From NCBI RefSeq assembly GCF_009914755.1, contig NC_060932.1: a stretch of DNA of 64,000 nt. One strand, written 5' to 3'. Below, piece by piece: positions 14,921 to 29,178 of the stretch (position 1 is its first letter; each line of letters starts with the position of its first letter). The DNA comes from the human T2T-CHM13v2.0 reference genome, Homo sapiens. The notes below the pieces were generated by a model, which saw only the letters and a program-made list of their open reading frames with translations, searched no databases and had not been told where the DNA came from. A program made the translations under genes and the position numbers.

Positions 14921-15549
14921 TTATTGTTGTGGCTTCATGACTGTAAATTCATAGAACTGTATGCTAAAATGGGTGAATGTTTAAAAGTATACCTCAAAAT
15001 CATACTGATAAAAAAATGGGGAAAAGAACATTCTGTTTGACTGTCCCTATTAAACTAGTACTTTTGCAAAGAAACATTGTAATTAAAAAACACAGAAGTA
15101 CCAATAACATAGCATCTAATTTCAGCTTCGGGTACCCTGAAATAATACTCCACTCATAAACATTTAATACCCTGATGTCAGAAGTGGGAGAATAGGGAAA
15201 TAGAAATTCATTGCTAGTTCTATATAACAGTGTCTACAGTTATAGCCTCATTTCATTTTTAAAGTATTTTGGATAAAAATCATTTCCTTTATTGAACAGA
15301 TTTTGATGTCTTAGAGAAAGTTGGGTACATTAAATTAGAAGTTGTCTTATAACAACTAGGTCCTGGATTACGTCCTGAATTTTCAAAAATGACGATGGTT
15401 AATTTCATGTTCCAAAGAAGATTTCAGTCCATTGGAGTGCAGAAATGCTATTGAATAGTAACAACACATAGTACCTGTATGTACAAGTTTGAGAATTTCC
15501 TTGGATGATGTTATTTCTGATAACAGGACCACATAGAGTCAAATGACTT

Positions 15550-15903
15550 CTCTTAATCACTTTTATTTTGCTATAGCAGAATACCACAGACTACTTTATA
15601 AAGAAAATAATCTTATTTGGCTTATGGTTGTGGAGGCTCAGGAGTCCAAGTTTGACTGGCTGTATTTTGCAAGGACCTTCTTGCCACATGATCCCATGGA
15701 GTAAGGCAGGAGGGCAAGCATGGTCCAGAGTGAGAGACAGACAGGGCTGATCTCAGTTTTATAACAACCTACTCTCATGATGAAGATAGGAGGTAAAGCT
15801 CTCATGGCCTAATCACTTCTTAATTGTCCTAGCTCTTAGTACTGCCACAATGGCAACAAAATTGCAACATGAAACTTGGAGGGGACATTCAAACCCTAGC
15901 AGC
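15550..15903 (-). mobile_element. MaLR LTR (MSTC/MSTD-like)
   Basis: TTGCTATAGCAGAATACCACAGACT..TTATTTGGCTTATGGTTGTGGAGGCT..GGAGGGGACATTCAAACCCTAGCA. Confidence 0.8.
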
Positions 15904-18383
15904 ACTCTTAGAGATCCATATTTTTGTAAATAATACAATAGGATCACAGGTGTAATAAGGTACTAAGTCCCAACGACAAAACAAAAATGTATTTCCTCTT
16001 TAATGTTCATTCCCAAACCCATGCAACCACATCACTTCCTATGCACGTCCATGCTTACTTTACTCTACCTCCTGTCTATATTTCAGTTGTTAGTGAAATA
16101 TACACATATTAATTTGTTTCCATTAGGTTAAACCTTTCCTTTCTTGCAATTATATTCCTTCATAGGAATATATTTTCTATTCTAATTTCATTGTTCAAAT
16201 TTCATTAGTTTCACATCTAACTGTTTTCATGTCATTTTAAGCAATGGAGCTAGGGATGGATCCTTTTAATATCTATCTAGAGTCCTAGGTTTCTGAAAGG
16301 CTATATTACTTTGTAACATAAAGCAGAGTGGCATAAAAGAGGGACAGTCAGTTCTGTCTTCACAGAAGTGATTTCAAATTGACTCTTTGATAATTCTTAA
16401 GATTTTTCAAACACTGAATTACATTATTTTTTGCCAATGTAGTTTCTCTGTCCTTCAGACAAGTGTCCCTAACATATAATAACACAAGATATAAAACTGA
16501 TTTTGAGTAACTCTTCACTTACTGACATGCTGTAGATAATTTTGACAACTCTTTCTGATTTATTTGCAGTAGTCAACTTAAGCAGTAGGAGATTTTCTTG
16601 TAGTCTAGCAATATTTCATACAGGGTGGTCACAATCCTGGCTGTGAATTGCCCAATTTTTAAACAAATGGAATAACTAATAAGAGACTTCATTTGCAACC
16701 ACAGGAAACCACATTTTTTTCACACAAGAGGAATTGTGTTTTCTCTTTCATGGTGTTTTGGAACCACATTTACAAACAATGAGTTAAGCAGACCCGGAGT
16801 AGGGTGCATATCTTTATTATAATGTTCTATGGTTTTAACCTACTTCACCTGTCATCAACATAATAAAGTCCGACACTAATGAACATGCCTAACAAGAAAA
16901 CAGAAATCCACTGAACAGAATCTAGCAAGAAACAATATGCTTAATCCTATAGCAGCACAATTTATCCACTACCTTTTTGACATTTGATTGGAGCTATTCA
17001 CGGGAAGCACACTTCATTCCCTTTATCAAGACCTCCAGGTTTGGATTTATTCTCTGAGAAGATAATCCTGCCGTATGTTCAGTAATTCCACAGTTGAAGT
17101 ATTTAGTCACTGATCTGTTGCAATAATATGATAGGAATAAAGCGGGTACTCCTTGAAGGAATGGATTTTGCATTATGAATATGTAGTCATAGGACAAATA
17201 AAGAAGGCATTGAGTGAAAATGTCAACATCCTAGAATTAAGTATGTATTTTATATTGAAGATTTAGAATGCATTTAACATGCCCGTCAGGCCAAATGCCT
17301 CCAGGAATAGAAGAATGGCAATATAATATGTATTTCTGAGCAAACTCAGAAAAAGAACCAGATTTTAGACTAGGCAGATGGATCCCTTTAATTATGGAAA
17401 AATGCTTTTATAAAACCATTACAGCCTGATAAATTTCAGGTTTTCTACTTTGTTTTTGCTACTGTCTTGCTGTCAATTGTTTCTTACTACTGTTCATACA
17501 GCATTTTGTTTTAGTTTTATAATGTTGATCACTTATAACCAAGCACAAGAGTTTTCTTGATGTACCTAAACACATAACCTGAACATATATTTAAAGTGGT
17601 ATTATATTGCATTGAATTATTATATGATATAATAAGCTAGAGTAGTTAATACCTATAATGTATCAAAGATTAACATGGTTTTGTTTATCCCTAATCTATT
17701 CAAGAAATTAATTTGAATTACTTCTCAGTTACCTAATATGAATATGTTAATTACAATTATGTGGAAATTTCTTCTTATAATTTTGTAATGCTCCTAAAGC
17801 ACATAACATTTATATAATATTCTAAATTAATCCAATTTATTTTAGTGATTACTTTGTTTCTTTTTGGTGTGTCAAGGAATCCTGCTACTTAAAAGAAAAT
17901 TCAACTTCCTTCTCTGTATTCTATACTCCTTTTCTTCTGATAAAAGCTTCATTTTATTCACTAAACTGCTTAATTCATTCATTAAGCTGCTCTCATTGCC
18001 AAATGAGTAATTTCCTTTCTCATTCTTATCTCTGTGACATCTGGCCCTCTCCATAACCCTGTGTTTGAAACCGTTTTCTTATCCTTGACTTCAAAATTCC
18101 CATACTTTCTTTATCTGCTGCCTCTATTTCTATGACACTTCCTTCTCAGTGTGTGTGTGCGTGTGTGTGTGTTGACATTTATTCTACCTGGTTAAAACCT
18201 GACATTTCTGGTTTTTATACCTATATCTTCTTTTTTTCCACTTTCCTAAGTGGTCTTACCCACTGTTTGAGTTAATCCGTGTATACACTTACTAATATTA
18301 TAATAATTCTCATCTTTAGCACAACACACATCTATAAAACTCTCAAGTTCATTATCAAACTTCCCACAGGTGATTTGAATGCT

Positions 18384-18737
18384 GGTATGGCCTAATCTGT
18401 GTCCCCCAAAATTCATTCACTGAAGCTCTCTCAACATGACTGTATTTAGAGACAGGGCCTTTAAAGAGGTAATTAAGGTTAAATGAGCTCTTGGTAAGTA
18501 TGGGGCCCATAGGACCAGTGTCCTTAAAAGAAGCGGGAGAAAAATCAAGGATGCCTTTGCGCAGAGGCAAGAGCATGGGAGGACACAGCAGGAAGACAGC
18601 TGTCAGTAAGCTAATGAGAGAGACCTCATGAGAAACCAACCTGTCGCCTTGATTGTTTGGAGTTTTAGCCTCCGGAGCTGTGCTTAAGCCATCTGGTCTA
18701 TGGTATTTTGTTATGGCAGCCCTAGCAAACTAATACT
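18384..18737 (+). mobile_element. MLT1B-like MaLR LTR
   Basis: GTGTCCCCCAAAATTCAT..GTATTTAGAGACAGGGCCTTTAAAGAGGTAATTAAGGTTAAATGAG..TTGTTATGGCAGCCCTAGCAAACTAATAC. Confidence 0.85.
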
Positions 18738-18839
18738 AATAGCATCTATTGTGCCTGAGGTATGCCATGGGAATTACTACATTAATTCTACAAAGGCAAC
18801 TTCAATATCTGCACTTCTCAGAAAGTTTGTAAGGGCAAA

Positions 18840-19474
<635 letters not shown>

Positions 19475-19709
19475 TTAGTTTCATCCTTTATTGGCCAGGA
19501 CTTCAAAAAGCCTAGCCCTTTAGCCCTTAGAGAGACATTTCTTGATAGAATTTTGGATATTTTTACTTCACAAGATGAATTATTCTTTGCCTTTTTCAAA
19601 TCGGCACAGCTGAGTTCAAAGCTGAGAGGATTATGATGGACAAGCATTAGGCAGGAAGAAAACTTTGTGCAAACATTGAGAAAATATTGCAACCAGGGGA
19701 TATGCTAAC

Positions 19710-19860
19710 TACTTCACAGATAATAATACTTTTGATCTGCACCACAATTTTATGGGCTCTGCAATTATTATGCCTATTTTATGGATGAGGAAATTCATAT
19801 AATGAGGTGACCACAAGGTCATAAAGCAAGACACTATGCTCTGATCCTCAAAACTATGGT
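19710..19860 (-). mobile_element. MIR fragment
   Basis: ATTATTATGCCTATTTTATGGATGAGGAAATT..GAGGTGACCACAAGGTCATAAAGC. Confidence 0.65.
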
Positions 19861-20084
19861 GACTTTGCAAAATAAAAATAAGTATTTTTCTCAATGTCTT
19901 ATCAATAAGTTGCACTTTGCTCATGCCAATATAGCAACAAAAAGTGAATGAAATTTTGGAAATTAAGAGACCTGGAAATAATTTTTAGTTTGTATCATTA
20001 ACATTGATTCCAAACATATTTTGTATCAAGTAATTAATGTAATTTCTAAATATTTTAATTTTGTTTATAATTGAGTCCAGTTCA

Positions 20085-20192
20085 CGGGTTGATAGGTGCA
20101 GCAAACCACCGTGGCACACATTTACTTATGTCACAAACTTGCAAATTCTGCACATGTATCCCAGAACTTAAGGTAGAATAAAAAAAGAAAAG
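20085..20192 (+). mobile_element. Very short L1PA (older primate) 3' end
   Basis: GGGTTGATAGGTGCAGCAAACCACCGTGGCAC..CACATGTATCCCAGAACTTAA plus A tail; direct repeat AGTCCAGTTCA at 20074-20084 and 20198-20208. Confidence 0.88.
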
Positions 20193-21189
20193 AATCCAGT
20201 CCAGTTCAGATCAAAGCTCATCTGTTAAATTTCTGTCATGGGGAACCACCAGAAAAATAACTGGCTACCCAGAATATAAGAATACACAAAGTTTCCATTC
20301 ACAGAGAGACCACAGTATAAGGTTGGGACTGGATTTTCTGTGAGTTCCTTTAATCATTTTTATATCTATGTTCATAAAAATTAAAAAAATAACTAAATGA
20401 CCACAAAATTGATAATGTACAAATAGGCTCAACACAGACTTCCAAACTGTTTTGTTGGAACAAATGGAGGCTTTGATTACTATAGTTATTGCTATTAACC
20501 TGGGAAAGTAAAAAATGCAAAATATTCAAATGAATTTAGAACTAGTTTCAAATTCTAGGAATTTAATATAAGTTTATATTCACTGTAGATTACAAACAGA
20601 ATAAAAATGGTCTTAGGTTATGTTTCTTTCAAGAACCTCAAAATGTCCAACATTCAATATTACATTGCCTTATAAGCCTTTGAATACGACAAACAAGCAA
20701 TTACACCAGTATAGCAGATATTTCCCCTACAGGTAAATTATGTTTACTGTAATCTCCTGTTATTTTTGCACACTATTCTACTGACTTATGCAGCTTTTAA
20801 AATTTACAATGATACAGATATTAAATTTATATGGCATGTTTTAAACATTGATAAACAGTGTGATATATTTTGCTAAAACAGCTGCGAAAGCTGAAAAAAA
20901 AGTCATCCTTTTAGGTTTGTTTAGGTAATCAGAATTGTTAATCAGATCATCCTTTCTTTATGTTCCTTTAAAGTTACATGCCTAGTTCTACTTCCTGGAG
21001 TCTAAACTATTTTATCTGGTGCCTCCACCATCTATTTCCATTTGTTTGGCCCACCTAATACTCCATTACTCCAAACATAACTCTTCTACTTTAGTTACAC
21101 TCATAATCTGCATACTTAAAGTTTGTGCTGTGGCTCACATTTTCTAGGAATGGTTTTCTCATTGCTGGCTAATTATTTGTTCATTAAAT

Positions 21190-21550
21190 AATCACTCATT
21201 CATTCATTTCACATCTACTTATTGAGCATCAACTTTGACCAGGATACATTCCTTTCACTCAGGGAACTTATATTCTAGTAGGTAAACATTGATTGGAATT
21301 TTTAATTTTGACTGCATGGAGCTAGACATTGAAGACAAGAACAGAAAGACCTAGGATTTGAACCTGCCTGATGATGTTACATTGTTGTAGTGTGTAGAGA
21401 ACACACATATGCTTATGATGTTATCAAGATTATATAGTTCTGTCTTTGATAGAGAGAGGTCCAGGATGCTGTGTAAGGAACGCCCAGAGAATGCTGAAAT
21501 GATCAAGGCAGCATTGATGATGGAAATGACAAATGAGCTAAAACTTGATG
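21190..21550 (-). mobile_element. L2 3' end
   Basis: CATTCATTCATT..ACTTATTGAGCATC..CTCAGGGAACTTATATTCTAGT. Confidence 0.6.
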
Positions 21551-21567
21551 TGTTATTAAATAAATAA

Positions 21568-22095
21568 CCAAAGGATTATAAACCATGCTACTATAAAGAC
21601 ACATGCACAAGTATGTTTATTGCGGCACTGTTCACAATAGCAAAGACTTGGAACCAACCCAAATGTCCATCAATGATAGACTGGATTAAGAAAATGTGGC
21701 ACATATACACCATGGAATACTATGCAGCCATAAAAAAGGATGATTCATGTCCTTTGCAGGAGCATGGATGAAACTGGAAACCATCATTCTGAGCAAACTA
21801 TCACAAGGACAGAAAACCAAACACCGCATGTTCTCACTCATAGGTGGGAATTGAACAATGAGAGCACTTGGACACAGGATGCAGGGTGGGAAACATCACA
21901 CACCGGGGCCTGTCGTGGGATGGGAGGCGGGGGGAGGGATAGCACTGGGAGAAATACCTAATGTAAATGACGGGTTGATGGGTGCAGGGGGCTAGCGTGG
22001 CATGTATACCTATGTAACGAGCCTGCACGTTGTGCACATGTACCCTAGAACTTAGTGTAATAATAATTTTAAAGAAAGAAAACAGAAATAAAAAA
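21568..22095 (+). mobile_element. L1PA5/6-like 3' end, 5'-truncated
   Basis: High similarity to the L1PA ORF2 end and 3'UTR (CAAAGACTTGGAACCAACCCAAATGTCC, GGGGAGGGATAGCA, GTACCCTAGAACTTA). Confidence 0.92.
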
Positions 22096-22289
22096 AGAAA
22101 TAGGAAGGCAAAGGGTATTGGCGAGAAAATCTCAAGACTTTGATTTAGATTCTAAACTTTAGGTAACTGGATAGATCATTCTGCTTAGAGAGAGTAAACC
22201 AAAAAAAAAAAAAAGACCTGATTTAGAGGTGTTTTTGCTTTTTAACTCATGGGACTCAATGTCACTACCATCATCTGGTGGGTAACTAG

Positions 22290-22425
22290 CTTTGTGTCAG
22301 CTTCCTTCTTCCTCTAAACCTCCATTGCCTTACCCAAAATGGGCATCGTAATAGAAATGATTCCATAGGGTTGTTGCAATTGTTAAAGGAGAAAATTTAT
22401 GTCAAGTCCTTAACACAGTGCCAGA
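22290..22425 (+). mobile_element. MIR fragment
   Basis: AAAATGGGCATCGTAATAG..CATAGGGTTGTTG..AAGTCCTTAACACAGTGCC. Confidence 0.65.
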
Positions 22426-24849
22426 AATATGTTTTTCTGTGAGCTCAAGCCATAATTCCTCAAATGAACATTTTTTGTCAGTCTAAATCTTTTTAAAAAG
22501 TCTATGATTCAGATTTTTAAATCCATTTGATCCATTTTAAAATCTTTTCTCAGTTTATAAGTATCTATTTTGTTTCATTACTACACAAGTAATTATGTTG
22601 TAGATTTGGGATCAATCAGCATACCCCATCCTTTAATGATACTAACTTATCAATTTTTAATTGTATTTTAGTATGTACCTATACCAATGTAGTATCATGT
22701 CAGAAAATCTTTAAAAAGTATATTCTGTGTTTATTGCTTTTACCACTTCACATGACATTAAAGATCACTGCCATAAGCCTTTAGAGATCAATAAAAAAAT
22801 CATTTTTTGAAATTGTGTAATCACAGAAATTCTTTCAATTTTATTTTTATGATGGCTCTTTTATCCCAAATTATATTTTTCTTTTCTTGTAAGGTCTTTT
22901 GATTTATTTTTTATGATGCCTCTTTTATTCCAAATTATCTTCTTCTTTTTTTCTTTCTTGTAAGATATACTAAGAATTGCTCCTTTTCTTGCTTGAATCT
23001 CCTTGATCCATTTGAAAGAAATAAAACGTAATGTAATTTTCAGCAACTCTATTGGGCAAGCTTGCTAGGTTTTATTTTTATCTATTCAAATCGTTAGTAA
23101 CCAATTTGTCTTCTGCCTCTGTGCACACACAAATATAGCTACTGGCAGTACAACTATTCTTGCTTTTCATTTAATTCTTTTATACTGCTTCCTAGTTTTT
23201 CTTTTTTATCAGCAAACAATAGCTTCTTTTTGCCTTTTCACAGGCTGCTCTACTCCAAATCTTTATTTATCTTCCTTTTACTTTGTTCATAAAATCCACT
23301 GACAACTTCATATTGCAGTGATTTTTTTTTAATGCTCGGCATTCACACCTTAACATATTGTCTCTCATATACATAGTAATCCCATCTGTTGCTTCCTTAC
23401 CCTTGCAGCCTAAATAAATAGCAAGTCCTTGGTCCACATGACAACTTGCTATTTCTTTCTACCCAAGATTTGGGTAGAATTTGGGTAGAATGGATGGATA
23501 CTTACTTAATCTCTAAACCCTATTGTACATTTTCTTATCTTTTAAAAATACTGTCTGTTAGAATTCACAATCGAATATCAACTATTGTATTTATTTACTT
23601 ATTAACATTTTCCTGAATATAAAGGCTAATGCATAATTGCAAATGCCATCTACTACCCGTGTCACCTGTTTGGAGTTTTTAATTTAATGTAAAATCATTG
23701 AGTATTAAAAAATTGCTCCAAAAAGTTTATGCTAAAAATCATTTATCTAAATAATGATTTGTTAAAATAATTTGATTATTATTGTACATAGTAATAGCTA
23801 ACATATTGTACATAGTAATAGCTAACACTTAAATAAGGATTATGAGGTAAATATAACTGATGTATCTGTCATTGAATATTTGAGTTAGTTTGGTTACTCT
23901 GGATTTTCTAGAAAGACTATCTTGCTCTGTCATTTAAAAAAATTCTAGAGGTTTCATGGATTGCAAAAGAAAATAAATTTTCCAGAGGTAAGAGGAATAT
24001 TTTAAGATATTCAATGAGCCACAGCTCTTAATGGAACTCCCAAAGAACATTACCGCATTTAGTTTCTTAATTGGTCTCCTAACTATAAGGGTAAATGTAA
24101 ATTACTTTATGTATTAATACAGAAGAAATATCATTTCCATGGAGACAGCACGAATCACTACACCAACTTTTAGAACAGAGATAAATCTTTCTAGTGATTA
24201 AGCCCATTCTCCAGTTTTCACAATGTAGAGATATCTACAAGGTCACTGGCAAATAACCTCTAGATATATAAAACATACTTCCAAAATTAGATCAGAGTTT
24301 TCTCATAAAATATGCAGAAGACTGTCATGAAGTACTGCATTTTGTCTCTGAAGACAAGTCATTGTTCTTTCTTCTGCTTTGCTGTAAAAAATGTGGAAAA
24401 GTTTGTCTTAACTTTATAATCACTTTTTTTGTAATTTACATGCATGTAAATCTGTTAATACTTATTCAATAATAATACATTGTGTTTTCTGTGTCTTCTG
24501 TATACTATGCCAAATTCTGTTTTTGAGAGAATTGTATTATTTTGTCAACACTACATATCACTATAACAACTTATCCACTGCTGTCAACTGCTAATTTAAA
24601 AATAAAAACTAAATTACCTTTGGGGTCACAAAACTGTTATTAGAAAAAAATGGAAAGCGGTGCCATATTTTTCAATAAAATTTAATATCATAATAATGTA
24701 ATAATTCTATGTTAATCAATATAGTTGAAATGTTCTCAATGACTAACATGTTTTATATTTGGTTTGGTTTGGGTTTTGGAATGATAGATGTTAAATTTTA
24801 AGTGAAGAAATAAACATGAATCTAAAAATAAGCACTGGGGATAAAAACA

Positions 24850-25400
24850 ATAATTAAGTGGGGAACAAATTTGCCAAATATTAAACTATGGTTATAATTC
24901 TTTAGTAAGTGCAATAGTGCATGGCTGGCTTGTGAATAGATATATTAACAAAACAGACTATAACATCTAGAAATGACACAGATACATTAGGGAATTTAGT
25001 ACATAAATGCAAGAGGACAAAGATGAATTATTCATTAAATGATTATGACAACTAAGTGTCCATGAAGCAAAAGACAGTTGAATCTATTTCTCACAACTTA
25101 TACCAGGATAAACTGTCGAAATATGAGAAATTTAAATTAAGTAACAGAAATTTAAATAAAGTTACAGAAATTTAAATAAATAGAAGACATCCACAATAAA
25201 CATCTTTAAATATTTTGAGTTACATGTAACTTTGACAGAAAACTCAAAAGCCATAACACAATTATAAATGTGATTTCATGAAAATATGAACGAAAAATTA
25301 TCATAAGCAAACTCTAAAAGCAACCTTCATAGTAGCAAAAAGTTTTGTAATTTATATAGCAGAAGTCTACTATTTTCACAGAATTTTTCTTTTTACAAAT
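24850..25400 (+). mobile_element. Old L1 (L1ME-like) ORF2 fragment
   Basis: AAAGATGAATTATTCATTAAATG..ACAACT..TCTCACAACTTATACCAGGATAAA resembles degraded L1 ORF2. Confidence 0.5.
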
Positions 25401-25427
25401 CATTAAGAAAATTACCAAGGTTCCCCA

Positions 25428-25628
25428 TATATATATGTGTATTTATATACATGTGTGTGTGTATATATGTGTGTATATATATGTGCGTATATATGTGTGT
25501 ATATATATACACATACGTATATACATATATATACACATATATGTGTATATATACACACACATATGTGTGTGTATATATATATACACACACATATGTGTGT
25601 GTATATATATATATACACACACACACAT
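25428..25628. repeat. Compound (TA)/(TG)/(CA) microsatellite
   Basis: Alternating purine-pyrimidine tract; source of spurious ORFs. Confidence 0.95.
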
Positions 25629-25694
25629 AGAGTCCACTGAAATGAATTATAAATGATGCTACAAATGATGTTGCTAAATATAAAAGAAATATAC

Positions 25695-25895
25695 AGAGTG
25701 CAATAATAGACACTGGAGGCTCCAAAGATGTGAGAGTAGGAGGAATGTGAGGGATGAAAAATTACCTATCGGGTACAGTGTACATTATACAGGTGCTGGG
25801 TACACTAAAAGCTCAGATTTCCCCACTCACTATGCAATATATCTATGTAAAAAAACTGGACTTATACCCCCAAATCTATAAAAGTAAAACAAAAA
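25695..25895 (+). mobile_element. L1 3'UTR fragment (L1PB/L1MA-like)
   Basis: AATAGACACTGGAG..GAGGGATGAAAAATTACCTATCGGGTACAGTGTACA..GGGTACACTAAAAGC. Confidence 0.8.
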
Positions 25896-26127
25896 ATGAA
25901 ATATGTTCCATTGTTTATTAAGAAGGTCCATGAAAAAGAAGAGCAAATTTAAAACATGCTGGTTCACTTGGGTTGGGTGAAATAAAACACTTATAAATAA
26001 TATTACAGCTTATATAATGAGAATTTGAAAATTTTCATTGGTATTTCATGTAAATTTTTATCTAAAAATTTGTTTTAGGAACTATTCCCTCAGACAAATT
26101 TGTTAATTCTTAGAATGAAATACTAAG

Positions 26128-26442
26128 CTATACATGGTGGCTCATGCCTGTAATCTCAACACGTTGGGAGGTTGAGCCAGGAGAATCACTTGAGCCCAGG
26201 AGTTCAAGACCAGCCTGGGCAACATAGGGAGATCCTGTCTCTACAAAAATTAAAATATTAAAAAATAATAGTCTGGCGTAGTGGCATGTGCTTGTGGTCC
26301 CAGCTACTTGAGCGGCTGTGGTGGGAGGATCGCTTGAGCTCAGGACTTCCAAGCTGCATTGAGCTGTGATTGCATCACTGCACTTCAGCCTGGGCAACAA
26401 AGATCGACGCTGTCTCAAAACAAGAAAAAAAAAAAAAGAAAA
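26128..26442 (+). mobile_element. AluJ
   Basis: GAATCACTTGAGCCCAGGAGTTCAAGACCAGCCTGGGCAACATAG; GGAGGATCGCTTGAGC; A tail. Confidence 0.92.
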
Positions 26443-27259
26443 ATATATATGCAGCCATTATTTTTTTCAAGTATAAAAAATATATTTTTATCTAATGTAT
26501 TGATATTGAATGACCTCTAAGCTAAAAAGTGACATTAACAAAGAAAGATAAAGTAAAGCAGATGTTACATGTAGCATTTTGTAGAAAGGGAAATATATGT
26601 ATGTAATTGAATATGAATAAAATATGTGTGAAAGGATAACATTTTTGCCTTCGATGAGATAAAGTGATATGAGGGGAAGTCATTGTTATTCTTCTCGTAA
26701 CTTTGGGAATAAAGTGAATGAGAGTTGAAGGTTTATAATTCAAGAGTTATTAACTACAGTTGACCCTTGAACAATTCTGGGTTTAGGCTGTTGACCCCTC
26801 TCACATTAAAATAACTGCAAATAATTTTTGATTCCTCATAAACTTAACTACTAAGAAACTATCATTGGCCAGAAGCCTTATCAGTAATATAAACAATCCA
26901 TTAACACATATTTTAAATATATATTGTATACTATATTCTCACAAGAAAGTAAGCTAGAGAAAAGAAAATGTTATTAAGAAAGTCACAAGAAAGAGAAAAT
27001 ATATTTACTATTCAGTATGTAAAAGTGCGTTATCATAAAATTCTTTATCTTTATCATCTTCACATTAAGTAGGCTGAGGAGGAGGAGAAAATGGAGGGGT
27101 TAGTCTTGCTGTCCGAGACACAGGTGGAGGAGGTGAAAGGAGAAGCAAGAGAGACAAGCATATTTGGTGTAATTTTACAGAAATGTATTATAATTTCTGT
27201 CTGACATTTTGTTTTTTATTTCTCTTAAAATCTTCTTATACAATACCAATTTTCCTTTC

Positions 27260-29178
27260 ACTGTTTGCTTTGTGTTCAGTGGTCATATCATACAAAGGTC
27301 TATGTCATAAGTGAATTCAAAAGTAGTCTTAAATAATCAAAACCCTTCTGCTAGGTTGTCTAATGTCAATGTTTTTGGAGGGGGGGGCACTGCTTCTTCT
27401 ATGTCTTCTTTCTCAACATCTGGTGCTGGTTTGGAAGCACTCATTACCATCTAGTCATCTTCCATAAATTCTTCTGAGGTGGTGTTTATGAGTTCTTTAA
27501 TTTCTCCAGAATTCATACCTTGAAGTCCTTCACCCACAGCCCCTCCCACATATCCTTTTAGTATATTCAAAATCTCTTTCATGATTTTCTTGATTGACTC
27601 TGTCATAAATCCTCTGAAGTCAAGCAAATCTGGACATGGTTTTCTTCAGCAGGAATTAGCTGTTTGGGGCTTGATGGTTTTCTTTATAACAATGATAACA
27701 TCTTCAGTGGGATGATCCCTGTAGACTTCCATGATGTTCTCTTTATTATGATTCTCTTCCATAGTATTGACAGTCCTTTCCATAAAACACTGTATTAGTT
27801 TTTTCTTATGCTGCTAATAAAGACATACCCAAGACTGGGTAAATTATAAAGGAAAAAAGTTTAATTAACTCACAGTTCAGCATGACTGGGGAGGGCTCAG
27901 GAAACTTACAATTATGGTGGAAGGGGAAGTAAACATGTCCTTCTTCACATGGTGGTAGCAAGGAGAAGTGCCAACCAAAAGGAGAAAAGACTCTTATAAC
28001 AACTTCAGATCTCAGGAGAACTCATTCACTATCACTAGAACAGCATGGAGGTAACTGCCCCCATGATTCAATTACCTCCAACCAGGTCACTCTCACCACA
28101 CTTGGGGATTATGGGAGCTACAATTCAAGATGAGATTTGGGTGAGGACACAGCCAAACCATATGGAAAACCATGTGTAATGAGCTTAAATGGTCCTTATG
28201 ACCCTTTGTGGTATTGAACTTTCAGGGTTCCAGGTGTCCAGGAGCATTGTCCAATATCAAAAGAACTTGAGAAGGCAATCCCTTACTGGCAAGGTACTTC
28301 CTGACTTCAGAGACAAAGTATCAATTGAACCATTCCAAAACAAGGGTTCTCATTATCCAGGCCTTTTTGGTGTACAACCAAAAGCCTGGGAGCTGGTGTT
28401 TATCATTTCCCTTCAAGACTAGTGTTTCAGCAGTTTTATAAATAAGGGCAGTCTTGATCCTAAACTGAACCGAAGTGCACAAAACAATAGAGTTAACCTA
28501 TCCCTTCCTGCTTTAAATCCAGGTGCATGCTTCTCTTCCTTACTAATAAATGATGTCCTTTTTGCCATTTGGGGTTTTTTGTTTGCTTGTTTTAATTTTA
28601 GAATAGGGAACTTTCATCTGTATTAAAAACCTGTTCAACCTTTTCTTCTCAATGATTTTCTTAATGACATCTGGTAACTCATCTGCCTGCCTCTTTGTTG
28701 GCAGAAGCAACTTCTCCCGTTATCTTTAAGCAAAATTACAACCTAAAATTATCAAACCATCCTTTGCTGGCATTAAATTTTCAGCTTTCGATCCTTCACC
28801 GTCTTTTTGCTTTAAGCTGTCATATTATTTCATTTTTTTCTCTAATCACATTAGAGTCTTCTAGGTATAACTTTCTTATAGAAATCCTGTACCAAGAGCT
28901 GCATTTTCAATACAAGATACACAGGTATTTTGCAAAAAATGCAAGGTTTTAATGCCTGCTGGCATTGCTAAAGCAATTACTTCTAAAATTTTCTTTTCTT
29001 TTGTTTTACAATCGTCCTTATTCTAGATCTATTTATTTGGAAAGGGTGGGCAACTGCAGTTGCAGACCTCTATTTACGGCGCATATCTGGCAATTAAGCT
29101 TTCTCTCGTAATGTCATGACTTCTCTGCTTCTTGGTAATATTTTCAGCATCGCCAGTGGCACTTTATGTGGGTCTCAC
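27260..29178 (-). pseudogene. Decayed Tigger2 (pogo/CENP-B-like) transposase
   Basis: Minus strand encodes FNASKGWFDNFR at 28777-28742 and KKQR..VMTLREK near 29135-29100; broken by stops, frameshifts and a THE1 insertion. 3' end approximate. Confidence 0.8.
27791..28165 (-). mobile_element. THE1 solo LTR nested in Tigger2
   Basis: TGTATTAGT..AAAGACATACCCAAGACTGGGT..GAGGACACAGCCAAACCATAT. Confidence 0.92.

Noticed and set aside
16994-17232. Minus-strand open frame after a TTCTAG acceptor-like site
   Set aside because: No recognisable protein similarity, no clear donor and no partner exons.
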